A stretch of DNA of 64,000 bases from Balanoglossus misakiensis (lineage: Eukaryota; Animalia; Hemichordata), in contig CM082588.2 in assembly GCA_040954595.2 (NCBI GenBank), forward strand, positions 8,106,844 through 8,170,843. Direction: 5' to 3'. The notes below the pieces were generated by a model. That model did not search any database and had not been told where the DNA came from. It saw only the letters and a list, made by a program, of their open reading frames with translations. The translations under genes were made by a program, and so were the position numbers. Of this stretch, positions 1-13,500 are shown piece after piece; position 1 is the stretch's first letter, and the number at the start of each line of letters is the position of its first letter.

Positions 1-135
1 GAAAACTCAATGTTTGACACAGTAGCTTTGTACATACTTGCAATCAGTATAAAAATAATGTTAATTGTATATAGAAATTTCTTTTCGCGAAGAGTCTAAA
101 GTCACTAATTCATTTTCCCTATTGTATGACATAAG

Positions 136-3100
136 ACCAAGAGGATATGGGAGCCTATTGGCGCTCTTGGTATGAAGTGGACAATCTTGAGGCTGACGTC
201 ATGGAACTCTGGGGTCAAATCCGTCCATTGTATGTGGAACTTCACGCTTATGTACGTAGAAGACTCACCCAGGTTTATGGAGCGGATAACGTGGATCTGA
301 ATGGAGCAATTCCAGCTCATCTATTAGGTATAAACACATGTAAATCTTACCATGAGTTTTCCGATCAATAATCGCGATCATATCAAATCGATATTCCAAA
401 GTTCATTGGTCAAATATACACAGTACTGCATGTAGTTGGAAAGAAAACCAGTCACAAAACACAGAACAGACATTAAACAAAACACACAGAACAAAGTCAA
501 GTCCGTGAAAGAAAGGAATATGGACTTCCAGCGAAAAAAGTCCAGGACGAGAATGTATAATGTCACAAGTTTCGAAAATGGAAAAAGCGTCTTGACTCAC
601 ACGTGGCACCTGCCATATATCAATCCCTAGCAACGGCCAACAAATTAAGGGAACAGTGGCTGAAATCATGTATTAGGGAAGAAAAATTAGGTACTTGGGT
701 GGTTTGGTCTCTGTAGGTTTCAACATGAGCATCTCTCTGTCCGTCTGTCCTCCGTCCGAAAATGAGTCTCTTCTCCGTCCGAAAATGAGTCTGTCTGTCT
801 GTCTGTCTGTCCTTCCGAAAGTGGGTCTTCCTTTCCTTCTCTCCCCGTATTTCTTCCCCTTTGCGTGTTCCTGGTTCAATCTGTTTCTACCCCTGTCTGT
901 GTGTCCACTACTCTCTATGCAAATGAAACTCTTTGTGTCCTGTTCACCAGGTAACATGTGGGCACAGTCCTGGGGCAACATAATTGACCTCGTCGTACCG
1001 TATCCTGACAAACCATCCATTGACGTCACAGATGCATTAGTCGAACAGGTAACCAAGCAATGTTCACTTGTGACATTTAAAACCCAAATAGATGTCATTT
1101 TTTGCATATTTTTTACTCTATAAAATACTTCAATCCACTACTTATAATCTAGCATGCTACCATTTCCAGAATTATTCGGCGATAGACATCTTTAACCTGA
1201 CGGACAAGTTCTTCGTCGATCTTGGTATGGAAGCTGTTTCAGACTCGTTTTGGACAGACTCCATGTTGGAGAAGCCTGACGACCGAGAAGTTGTGTGCCA
1301 TGCCTCAGCCTGGGATTTTTACAACGGGAAAGACTTCAGGTATATCCCAAAACGTTCATTGAGAATCACAAACCTATTTCACAGCTGAGAGATATTTCAG
1401 GTATATCGCAAAAATCTCATTGAGATTGTTGCTGGCAGCCAAACCAGAAACTCTGGTTGCAAAAAGTGCATACAGTCAATGCCATTAAGGCAGTTTGCCG
1501 CCTAACAGCAGACAAAATGGCGGACACCATCGGAAAAGGACAACAAGTAGTGACAAAACTAAAGTCTGGATTGGACGTAATGTTTGTACACACGAAATTG
1601 TACACGCACATGCCCATAAGACGATCGTCTGCCTTTAATCGGCTATAGTCACGCGAAACCTCGCAAGGTCTCATGGGATTCGAGAAATGGTCTATTTATA
1701 TTTTTTTCTGCGATTAGAGTAAAGCAGTGCACGGAACCGACAATGGATCAACTCATCACAGCACACCACGAGATGGGGCACATCCAATACTTCTTGCAAT
1801 ACAAAGACCAGCCTGTAATGTACAGAGATGGTGCCAACCCAGGCTTTCACGAAGCTGTTGGTGACGTCATGGCCCTCTCGGTATCAACCCCAGAACATCT
1901 GAACAAGATTGGGCTGCTTGAGGACATCGACGAAAACGACTTTCGTAAGAAAATTGCAATTTTTATTATTCAGCAGAATCCGCCCAACTAGCAGAACCAC
2001 GTGAGCTCAAATAGCCAATCATGTCAAAAACCGTTGTTGGTGTTTTTTCCTTGCAGTCCATGGCTCACCAAACCATACTGCTTCTAATATATGCAATGAA
2101 TGCACCCCAAAAATCATTTTCAGACTTCATTACAATGTAATGTGAGGCATGAAGCGTTTGCAATATCATGCTATGAAATGGCCTGCCTATCAACCATACG
2201 CATGCCAAACCAATCATACTCTCGTTTCCCAGTGAAAGTTATATTTTCCCCTTTTGCTCATTCTTAGAGACTGACATTAATTTCTTGTTGAGTATGGCTC
2301 TGGAGAAAGTAGCATTCTTACCCTTTGGTTTGCTGATCGATCTGTGGCGCTGGCGGGTTTTCTCCGGTGACTATACCCCTGATGAATACACCGAAAAATG
2401 GTGGGATCTCAGGTAAGATTGAATGCGCATGCGTCACCCTAACCGTTCTTTTGGCCATCACTACTTTAAAACCGGCAATAATATAGAATTTCGAAACAAA
2501 GTTGTTGAGGATACTGATATAAATCTTACAGTGTCATCCTTAGATCACCATTTCGTGACGAAAGGAAGTTTCTGTGGCTAGCATGTCAATCCTATCTGAC
2601 TGAAAATTGTATGCATTCAATGTTACACTTTGTTAACACTCTTGTAGTTTTCATAAAAGGTCCTAAGCCACAGTAATAATGTGGTTTGTCACAGTAATAC
2701 TGTAGATTCTGTGTTCTAATGTTACATCCCATTGAACTCGTTCGACAGATTAGAATATCAAGGTGTGGCACCCCCGACGGCACGCCATAGCCACGACTTC
2801 GACCCCGGTGCAAAATACCACGTACCTGCCAATGTGCCGTATATCAGGTATGTCCCCACACCAAAATTATATCACAACAGATTTAGCATGTAGTTTGTCT
2901 CAGCTATAATTGAATGTCTCTACAAATACCAAACGAATACATTCGTTTGCACACTTTTTGGGCACACTTTGTCTCTATGACAATTATAGAGAGACTGACA
3001 AGAAACCGTCGAGAGGCATACTTTGTCAACGACTAAAATAACATGCGTCAACATCCTAATATTTTCAGATTAGAGAAAGGTCTTTAAACATTCACTTTGT

Positions 3101-4385
3101 ATCTCTTATTTATTAGGTATTTTGTAAGTCACGTGATCCAGTTTCAGTTCCACAAAGCAGCGTGTGAGGCAGCGGGTATTGAGAAGCCATTACATCGTTG
3201 TGACATCGATGGATCTCAAGAGGCTGGTGAATTACTAAGGTATATTACGTCACGATTTCTGATGAAAAAAGCTATTGATTAAGGATGTACGATCAGTAAA
3301 ATTGAGTGTATTTTCAAAACAAGCGCGGCGACCCCTATATATGGATTTTCATTATACATACAATGAGAAACCAAAAATCCATAATTAATAGAAATGACAA
3401 AACTTTCAATTTTACTGATCGCACATATTGTGAAGCTATTTGTGGCCATATTGGTTAGATTTTCCAGCAAAATGCAACAGGTAAAGATGAAATATATATT
3501 CTACTATATATCATCATACATCTGTCGTTCTGACATATTTACATTTTAAAACAAGCTGTTGACATTTCTTTCCTCACAGTGCCATGTTGATGAAAGGATC
3601 AAGTGTTCCTTGGCCGGAAGCGATGGAAGAAATGACCGGAAGTAGAGACATGGATGCCAATGCATTATTTGAATATTTCCAACCTCTCTATGATTGGTTG
3701 AAAGAACAAAACACCATTAATGGTGATACGACTGGCTGGGATAAATCATGGCGGCCTCCAGGTAAAATATTGACCTTTGACCCTTACTTCCCTGACGTTT
3801 TTACACAAAAATACTTTTGGCTATCGGTCTCATTTTGTACTACGTGTACACGGGTTGAGAAAGGCAAGTTTATAGGCATAGAGTGTTACTATCCCATTTA
3901 ATTTTATTTTCACACATTTGTGCCATCTGTGGACTATTGGCTTTCATTCTAATAAATAAAAACACCCCAAATTCAGGTTTTAACACAAAATTTGAATTTA
4001 GAAAACATGTTGCTGTTAACTGCAATTACTAAGAGCATCAGTATTACGACCAGTGTTGACAGGTCAAAGATTGCTTGCTTCAATGTGGTTTGGTTACCAG
4101 AATATACTTAACGTCCATCATAATTCGACGTTATCTCATACCAGAAGATACTTTAAAAAAGAATTTAATACTGACATAAAAATTCGACGTTACAATTTTT
4201 TTCTCAAACCGGAAGATTCTTTTAAAAAGAATAATCAACATCATAATTCGACGTTATAATTTTATCTCATTTTTGTTGTTTTTATTCATTTCACAGATTA
4301 CCTAAATGCAGGAACAGTTACCATGGCATCATCTATTGTTCTCCTCCTGAGTGTGTGTATCAGCTCCCTGCTCTTGAACTATTAA
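136..4385 (+). CDS. ACE: Angiotensin-converting enzyme-like M2 zinc metallopeptidase, 3' part (9 exons; 5' end lies outside the window)
   Basis: GT-AG exons with consistent phases: 136-327, 951-1048, 1170-1339, 1718-1944, 2268-2412, 2749-2847, 3117-3239, 3580-3761, 4297-4385 (TAA). Motifs: [35 protein letters not shown], zinc motif [37 protein letters not shown]. Confidence 0.95.
4115..4270. repeat. Degenerate ~62-bp tandem repeat (~2.5 units) in the last ACE intron
   Basis: AATTCGACGTTA recurs three times at roughly 60-bp spacing, with similar TCTCA..CCAGAAGAT..TTTAAAAA spacers. Confidence 0.6.
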
Positions 4386-4426
4386 CCATAACATTACTCA
4401 TAACAAGTTGTTAATTCTTGACCACC

Positions 4427-4432
4427 AATAAA
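4427..4432 (+). promoter_or_regulatory. Probable polyadenylation signal of the ACE-like gene
   Basis: AATAAA about 40 nt after the stop, followed by T/GT-rich sequence. Confidence 0.55.
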
Positions 4433-7071
4433 GGTTGTATTGTATGATATAAACCGAAATCTGTTCTGCTTCTCTCATTGTGTTACCATATGATGGTAAC
4501 ATGTGCATTACTGTAGTCACATGACAAACCATTGTTGCATTTCCATACTGATTTGAATAAGAATTATCCATCCCATGTGATGTATAGTTTCAAGAAGTTA
4601 TTTTCAGTTTATTGTATAATTTGTAAAAATACTTATACAATAATTACAACAATTTATAAAGAAAACAGGTAGAATAAAAAATAAGATTTCAAATGAATAA
4701 ATAAATCTTACAGTAACAGCATGCACACTTTAATTAATTCTTATCATGCATACAACAAAACTATCATTTTAAAAACTAAACATTAATATTCTAGGGATTA
4801 CAACATTTCAATATTGAGTATATTGCTTTATCAAATGCTATCATAAAAGGTAGGAGATGATTTATTGCATTTATTTGTCTTACAAATTTTTTTAACAACA
4901 ATCATCAAAGTTATTTATTTTTCTAGGTGCCCCTTCACACACTATGTGCGTTATTTGTATAAAACGATTTTCAACTGTATGCATATTGTGTTACAAGTTC
5001 TCAGAAAGAATTCCTGTACATTAATACACACGTTTTGAACTAAATGACCCTCATACTCCATTCTGAGGTCAGGCTGCATGTTTCCAAGTTCAGCAGCTAA
5101 CTCATTCCCAATAAAAAAATTATTCTTGCCCATAGTTTTTTATTTTGGGACCGGACATACCAAAATGGTGAAAGAGTTTGACAATTATTCATCAGGGTTT
5201 GTGGCCTTCCCATAGTAAATGTCAAGACTTCTACATATCCCAACAAAAGCCCATTTAGTAAAAAGCAACAAACACAATATCACTATGAATAATAAAAAAA
5301 TGAATACTGTCTCTTGTAGGCACCAAATTTCTGTTGAAAATATTCAAAACGTCTATACATATAACAATCCAGCAATACTTTACTCATTAGTTGTACTTTT
5401 CAAAATAAAACATTGAATTGTAAACTTGTGTACATATTTAGCACTGAATCAGCAGTCTTCTTGTGATGTAGAAGATTTCTAATCAGAATATGATTATCTG
5501 CCTTGTTCTTTTCAAAATATTTTAAGTTAAAACTCTCAACACGCGAATTAAAATTCAAGGTGCCAGAAAAAAAAATGTACACACATTAAATTTTTACATT
5601 AATTGCAACTTGACAAACATCGGCCATATTGTCCATTGTTATTTTCAGTTTGCGATGCTTAGTTACAGTCTGTCCATTTTCCAGCAGCAGATATCAAAAT
5701 GTTTAAAAAAATATACAAGTACTAAGAAAGACAGCGGTAGTGCCTTAGCATACACTTTACAAATCTATCTATTTATTAACCAATACACATGCTGCCTGTA
5801 CCCATAAATTTGCTAATTCTGTCCATCATATTCATTGTGACCCAATCATTTTCCAACTTCCTGGGATGAAGAACCCAACACACAAATAAACTATTTTGGA
5901 ACCCACAAGTTAGCTTTGAGACATTAGTGTCAACATACAGAAAAAAATGCCCCCAAAATAAATTAAGCTGTCAAAGTTGAAAATTTGTAATTAGAGAATA
6001 TAAACGGCTAGCGAGGGTATTTGGTTACGGATATAAGACCTCTCAGGTGAAAATTAGCATATTTGGTCGGAAATAATCACCGAGCGAAGGGTCGGGTCTT
6101 CTTGTCGAGAATATAAACCCCGGCTCCAGCCAATCAGCGAGCTGGATTCACACCAAGCATATTATAAGTAAAAAGTACATAAACAGGCCATAGATAATCA
6201 TATTTCCTTTGTGTCGATTGCGTAAACTTGCACATTAATATCAATTGTATATGCAGTCCCAGCTGATTGTGGAGATGTTTCTGATTGGTAGGATATGACC
6301 TGGCTGATGTGTCGTGCATTTGAATATTTATCAAAATAACAGGCATTGAAGAACAAAGCATGTGCACAATTTAAAAACAAAAATCTAAATTATTACTTTT
6401 GCGAACTTCAAGGCTCTGCAAGAAGCCATCAGTCAAATGACTGAAATTTAGCTTCATGCATGGTGCAAAGTATTTTCCCACCGTTAGTGTGCCATTTAAA
6501 ACTTTCCGAATATACCTAGATGGCACATCACAAATTTTAGCTGTGAAAAATTAAGTTTCTTGTCATGGAATAATTTTATTCATATTAAAAATATTTTTAT
6601 TTCATGTAAAAGCTATGTAAAGGCTTTGGAAAGTATGTTATTTGTAAAAATTTATAGTTTTAATTTCATTTATTGAAATAATAAATTTTAGAACATTTCA
6701 CACGAGAAAAACTTTCAATTGCGATGGTATATAGCTACAACAAAAGTTTACTCAGATTAGTTAGTCCGAAAAAATCGTTTTACAAATTATGTCACAAACT
6801 CAGAAAAAGACATTTATAAAGTACCGGTACATGCAAACACAATGTATTACCAAAATAGCTACAGCTGAAACTATACAATATTTTTGTTATAACAAGACAT
6901 CGCTTTGAATGAGGCAACTCCTGATGCTGCCCCATTATTCTGACTGGCCAGCAGAGAATGACTTCAAGCAATGTAGAAAAAAGTAGATATATTGATATTC
7001 ATAAGATTATCATGATTGCTGAACATCTGACATGGCACGGGATCTTAGTCCTGAAAATTCTCTAATTTTAA

Positions 7072-7258
7072 AGGTACACGGTCACCCACAATTTACATCT
7101 ACCCATATATGTCTGAAATGGCATATTTAAGTGTCCTAAAAACATATGGCAGCGCTCTTTTATTCGTGTGTGCCATCCACTGAAAATCTGTGATTAATTG
7201 GCTAGATCAGTTTGCCAAGGTAACTGTAGCTGAATTTGTATGCGTGACCGTATACCTT
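7072..7258. mobile_element. ~190-bp TTAA-flanked MITE, family A, copy 1 (in the presumed GRIK 3' UTR)
   Basis: TTAA|AGGTACACGGTCAC ... GTGACCGTATACCT|TTTAA. Related copies at 30415-30611 and 60252-60436. Confidence 0.75.
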
Positions 7259-7511
7259 TTAAACAAGAGAAGTCAAAGTTTGCGGTGCTCCAAAGAATCA
7301 GATTAATTAATCTGGATAACGTACACGCTTATCTCTACCAGTATTGCAGTCTTTACTGTTGTACTTCATCACACTGTTTGTGTGGAGTGAATTTCTGCAT
7401 TGCACTTCTTGTGAGACAGAAACGCATAATCTCCATTGGTAGATTGGAAGACATTGGGGAAAAACACTTTTCCAAATGGTTTTTGCATCAACGTTGCATG
7501 CGCCAACAGTG

Positions 7512-10500
7512 TTATAATGCAACGCTTTCTCGCATAGTTACTGTACTGCCATTTTTCATGTTACGGGACACTGGATTATGGCGTATCCCTCCAACTTGCG
7601 CTGCTTGTACCATTTCAAGGTATTTTTCTTCCATCTCACCATGCAAAGGCTTTTTCGTGCGACATCTCATGGCAAATGACAATTCCTGTCCCATCTCAGC
7701 GCACACGGATTTCTGAAATAGAGCCAATGCAGAAAATTATTATTTTGTAATTCATAAATCATATCCAACTGTTTAAAATGATATACATTAAACAATATCA
7801 CAAATGGTTGATTAAGACATACATAAAACAAAGCAGACATGAACTGAATATGCCCAAGTGAACATAGTTGTCTGAAGACTGAAAATTTACAAATCTACTG
7901 GAAAGCAATAAATTCCCCCCCAAAAATTAAACTTTTTTCAATACAGCTAATTGCTATTATCCAGTGCTATCTTATAAAATCACTACTTCAAAAAGTTTCA
8001 TCAAATTTGCTTAAAAACTCCCAATTTATAGCAATACTTGCATTAATTTGTTAAATATTTAAATTACCGCCTCTTTAACATGACCATGGTAAATGCCACC
8101 TGCCATATTCAGATCTCTCAGAAATCAATGTCTGTACCTTGTTTTCATCAAAGTACATGCAGTAATTCCAGTAACATCACTAATTAGAAAAGTTAGAGCT
8201 TATGCCACATAGCAGTTGTCTGTGGGTGCATTTACAGAGAGTGTGTGATCGATTTGATCCCACACTCCCAGCAGCCAGGAGTGTGAGAATTTAAGGTCAT
8301 GTTACACGTGAGTAAACTAACAATGATAAAATACACAATATTGCCATTAATACAAATGGTTTTATCACATTATTTTTTTTCTGAGAAACCACAAAGCAAT
8401 ATATTACCCTGTCCAACTCTGCATTCTGCCTTGATTTCCACACGAATTCCCCAATGGCACAGATGACTCCAAGTATGAGACCACCAAGAAGTACGAAGAA
8501 AATGCCACCAATGTTTTCAAAACCCAGGGAGTTAGCTTCTTCCTTGGAATCTTTTCGTTCACAAGCTCCTTCGGAATACCACCACTTCTTTTTAAAAATC
8601 TGGATTTGTCCACCTTCCTGAAGTTGAAGGATGGCATTGGTGATTTCATCGCGATATGGTGCTCCTGTAAATGTAAGCAAACAAAGATGGCTTTCAGGTC
8701 ATCAGTTGTCAGCATTTCTAGAACTAACACACACACTCACGATACTGATTACCTTAGCATGCTTCAAAAAGTGTATTTTCATACTGGGAGATGAAGAACG
8801 CTGCCTGAAATGGCCTGAAATACAGACTGTTGTCCCGTTAAGTGTTGGTAAATAGTGCCACGAAAAATAGAGCAGATTCGGTCACAATTGGAACAAATCT
8901 AAGATAACATCAGAAGACAGCTTACCCATTTTCAAAATTATATCACCACTAGATTTTTAGGGGTTTTTAAAAGTTATTACAGGTTGATCTGGATGAAACT
9001 TTGTCGTCTTAATAAATGTACCACCTACATTTAATCTATCGAAAATCTAACACATTATTGACATCTTAAGGCACCCCCATGATATGATTTGTGTTAGACA
9101 TCAGATCAAATAATACCGATATGCATATATCTTCGTATTTTATTGTTTGTGGAATAAAGATATATTACATTGCTTTTCTGTTACATTGCTGAGTACACTA
9201 ATTCATGCGCATTCATGCAAACTCACAGTTAACACAAATAGAATAATTATACACCAGAAACACTGAATCTGTATATTACAGTGTATTAATCCTGCATGCA
9301 AAATTAAGTTGTGAGTTCACTATATTACACATTAATAAAGCCTAGAATGCCACACAATCACACCATAAAATAGTCTGCTTGAAGCAGCAATCAAGATCAC
9401 ATCCTGATGTTACTTTTCTTTAGAAAAACAACCACCTACCTAATGGAGTACCAATGCCATAGAACTTCGAATCCAACAATCCACCTATCTGGGTAAGATT
9501 GCAATTTCGAGCAGTATGGAATTCATTGAAGTTTGATTCCAGGAGAAATGCATAATTTTTTGTGCTTAATACTCGCTTGATTCCCTGTTCTGTAGTTTTG
9601 ACAAAAACACTGGGTTTTCTGCTTTCCATAAAGCTCCACATCCTCTTATACAACTCAATTTCTGAGTTCTGAAAGTGAAAAAGATTAATCACGATTAGAA
9701 ATTTACTTTAAAGAGAAGAAAGTTTACTTTCTGAAAGTCCTTAAAGTGGAACGTTGTGATCCGTTTTTGAGCCAATTCTGCGAAATGCGATTAAAAAGTA
9801 CTATGAAAAACGTTGGTTTCATTCACTTTCACTTACGCATAACAGAGCTACAGCCAGCCAAAAACTGCGCGAACCCGGAAGTGAGTGACGTCAGCAACTC
9901 GTTGGAGCGAGCTTATGCTTATACACGCCTGCACTCACGCGACCGACGACGTTAGCATGGCAACATATTCTCGGGTAGTAGCCTACAATTTTGAACCAGA
10001 GATTCCCTTCTACGACCAAGCGACTGAGGACAAAAGTTCATGCAGTTCTGATCTCCGATGTGTCCCGTTTGTCAAGGCTTACACTTGGTGTGGTTTCAGT
10101 GAAACCATAGACCCTAGAGTCTATGGTGAAACAGACAATGCTGCAATTAAACAATACCCTCCCTCGTTGTCTCTCCCTCGTTGTCACATTTTCGAACCAC
10201 TTTTCTTACAAAAATACTTAGTCACCTTTTATGGAGTTGAAAAAAACGCAGGTGCATCGTCCTGCTCTCCAGGTGTAGTACGTCCGTAGTATAATGGAAG
10301 CCAATACTATAGTTATTGTATGCATGTTTCGTCTCTTGAAATGTATTAAAACTGCCCTTTTTAGTTGCTTTCATTTGATAACTATGCGATCGTCAATAAA
10401 TGGAAATTAAACCCAAATACGTGTACCAAAAAACGTGCAGGAAGGATTTAAAACGGTACGTTTATTATTATTAGCGGCAGTTAGAACAACTTTGTATAGG

Positions 10501-13500
10501 CCTTACGGTTTGTTCATAAACGTCGACATGCATGGCATCATGGACATTGCAGGGTCTATGTCTGCACGCATCGACAAATACAATACACGAAGAGCATTGC
10601 CTTTGAAAGAAACTTATCCCCGTCGATTTTCCGAATATGTTTTTAAAATCATGAACTTGACATTTCGCCATGTCAGATCCGCGCAAAATGTGTCTGTTTA
10701 TTGGAAATGACACGTCGAACGTGTAAGTTGCTGACGTCACTGTAGTATTTTCAACGCGCGTCTTCTGCTTGCGCAGGAAGTGAAAGTGAATTAACCCATC
10801 GGAACGTTGCCGTTTTTGACACCCGGTTTGTACTTTGAAGCCCAAAATTGAGGGTGTCGTTCCACTTTAATAGTCAGTTGTGATTTTCATCTCACAGTTT
10901 CCCATGATATACTTCTAAAAGATATTTTGAATATATTTTGAGGGGGAAAAACCAACAAATCTGTGTACAAATTCAGCTGATTTTTTCACAAAAATTCAAA
11001 ATTAGTTGCACATTTCCTTCAAACAAAAACGTTCAGCTGATTATTAAAAGAAAATATATCAAAATTTCTATTTTTGGCTGTGATGAACTTAAATACAGAT
11101 TATGATACAGTTGCATCAAGGTGACAGAAAAACTGACTTATACCTGTAGAAGAAAATCCAAGTTTAAAAGGAAATTCCGAAAGTTGTGTCATCTAAGGCT
11201 ATTACAGAATTTCTGTATTAAGCATATTACCTTGAAAAATGAAACAGTAGATCCATCAGCTAATGTTCCATATTCGATCTTTGTTTGAGAAGCTAAGTCA
11301 TCAACATCTTTGATTGGTGACACCATTCTCTCAACAGTCAAGAACGCAGCCAGGTTAGCGGTGTACGATGAAATGATGATCAGCGAGAAAAACCACCACA
11401 TTCCGCTGATGACTCGCGTCGAGAGCGCTCTTGGGTTGACCTCTGACCCCTGCTGCATCAGTCCACCAAAACTGAACCACAAACTGTTCATCAGATTGAA
11501 CTGGTTCTCCACCATGTCGTATTCAGGGTTACACGGGTGTGGGTTATACCACTCATATGGTGTGAATCTCGCTAAAATAAAGAGCATAACACTAACACCC
11601 AGGTACGCCAACAGCATGTACAACCAAATGTCGAAGTCTAGAGGACTCAAAAAGGAAAACACACCCGGGTTTTTACTTTCTGGAACTCGATACAAGATGC
11701 TTATTCCAGTGTTCATGAACGGTTTGGCAAAATCGACGACCTTCTCACGCAGATAGGTAATTGTCAGAGGTGCTACTGCAAGGTCTGCTTTCTGAAAATT
11801 AGAAGAAAGGTACACATTTTATTGGCATACATACATACATACATACATACATACATACATACATACATACATACATACATACATACATACATACATACAT
11901 ACATACATACATACATACATACATACATACATACATACATACATACATACATACATACATACATACATACATACATACATACATACATACATACATACAT
12001 ACATACATACATACATACATACATACTTGGTACAAGCATTTTCAGCCTATATGAACAGCTTCTATTCACATATCAATGAATGTAAATGGAAGCTACAAAA
12101 GTTAGTTATGGAAACAAAATGGTGAACACCCATCTTTGCTTCCAAAACGAATCCACACAGACTATAGTATAGCACAGAATGGAAATTGTATATAACCTAA
12201 AAGAAATTACACAAATACTCACACGTTCAACTAATTGTCCCACCATTCCATTCCATACGCCAGGAGCTACTTCAGCCCCATATGCTCCATCTGGTACCAA
12301 TTTAATTTCATATTCAAACTTCACAATCTTAGCTATTGCTTCTAGAAGGTCCACACAGAATCCCTCGAATCGATCATTGCCGGTGTGTGTTTTACCATCT
12401 TCTGTGCTTTTAAACATGAGGTAAGGTTTTTCCTACAATAAATTGATTCAAAGCAGTCAAACTATTAGTTTGGCAAAATGTAAGAAATAAACTCTCATAT
12501 TTACCAGTAGTTTCTTAAATATACAATTCATGTGGAATTATCATATAGAGATAGTCACTAAATATGAGATTATTCAAAGAAATAATATTATCTATGTATC
12601 TGATTTTAAAGTTGGGAGCTTTAGCTACAAATCCTTAACTCACCTCTATTGTTGTCACTATTAACGTCCGATTTTTCAATGTACTTGTTTCATTTCTCGA
12701 ATTAATGGGAGTCTTCACTGTAACATTTGTACCAACACCAGATTCCCAATGACCAATCTGAATGTGAAGTGGATAGATACAATTATTGATTAAACTCTTA
12801 GACTATGAACTATTGTCATCAAAATATGACATTTGATGTCCTTATTTGATGTGGGCTTGTTTTTCATAGTGTGATACTGCAATCATTTTGGTCATTATTA
12901 TCAAAGCATATGATAACTTAATTTTTTATTACAAGTAACACAACTGCAATCATTTTGGTCATTATTATCATTATGGCCATCATTATGGCCATTTTTAGCT
13001 GCTGTTCTGTGTGATGGTGTCAGAAGCAAAAGTAACCAAATATGAACTGAATATGCTCACATGTTTTTAGTTTGAAATGTACAAATTTAAGCAATTATCA
13101 TCAAATTAAACTTTCATCCAATCCATCTTATGCCTATTATCCATGACTATCTTAATGAAAGAGTTATTTATAGTAAGTTTCATAAAATTTGTTCAATAGT
13201 TCCCGATTTATAGGGATAATTGTACTAATTTGAGAACTATTCAAATCAGCACGTAATTAACATGAAACCGGTAAATACCCTCCAGTAAATTCACATCTGT
13301 CAAATCAATATTTGTACCTCGTTTCATCAAAGTACATGCAGTAATTTCAGCAATACTAGTATATCACTAATGAGAAAAGTTCATCACATATGCAAATGAA
13401 ATAGTGTCAGAAAATGCATATGATATTATATAATTTATTGGTTGCCAAATGTGTGGAAATGATAGATGGTGACAAACAATAACATAATTCTTCGATATCA

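Noticed and set aside
11310-11756. 148-aa plus-strand ORF
   Set aside because: Antisense shadow of the receptor M1-M3 exon. The same applies to 7240-7716, 12179-12424 and 48916-49206.
11773-12079. MYVC/YIHT-repeat ORFs (also 16014-16535 and 31551-32115)
   Set aside because: Translations of (TATG)n/(CATA)n microsatellites, which have no stop codons.
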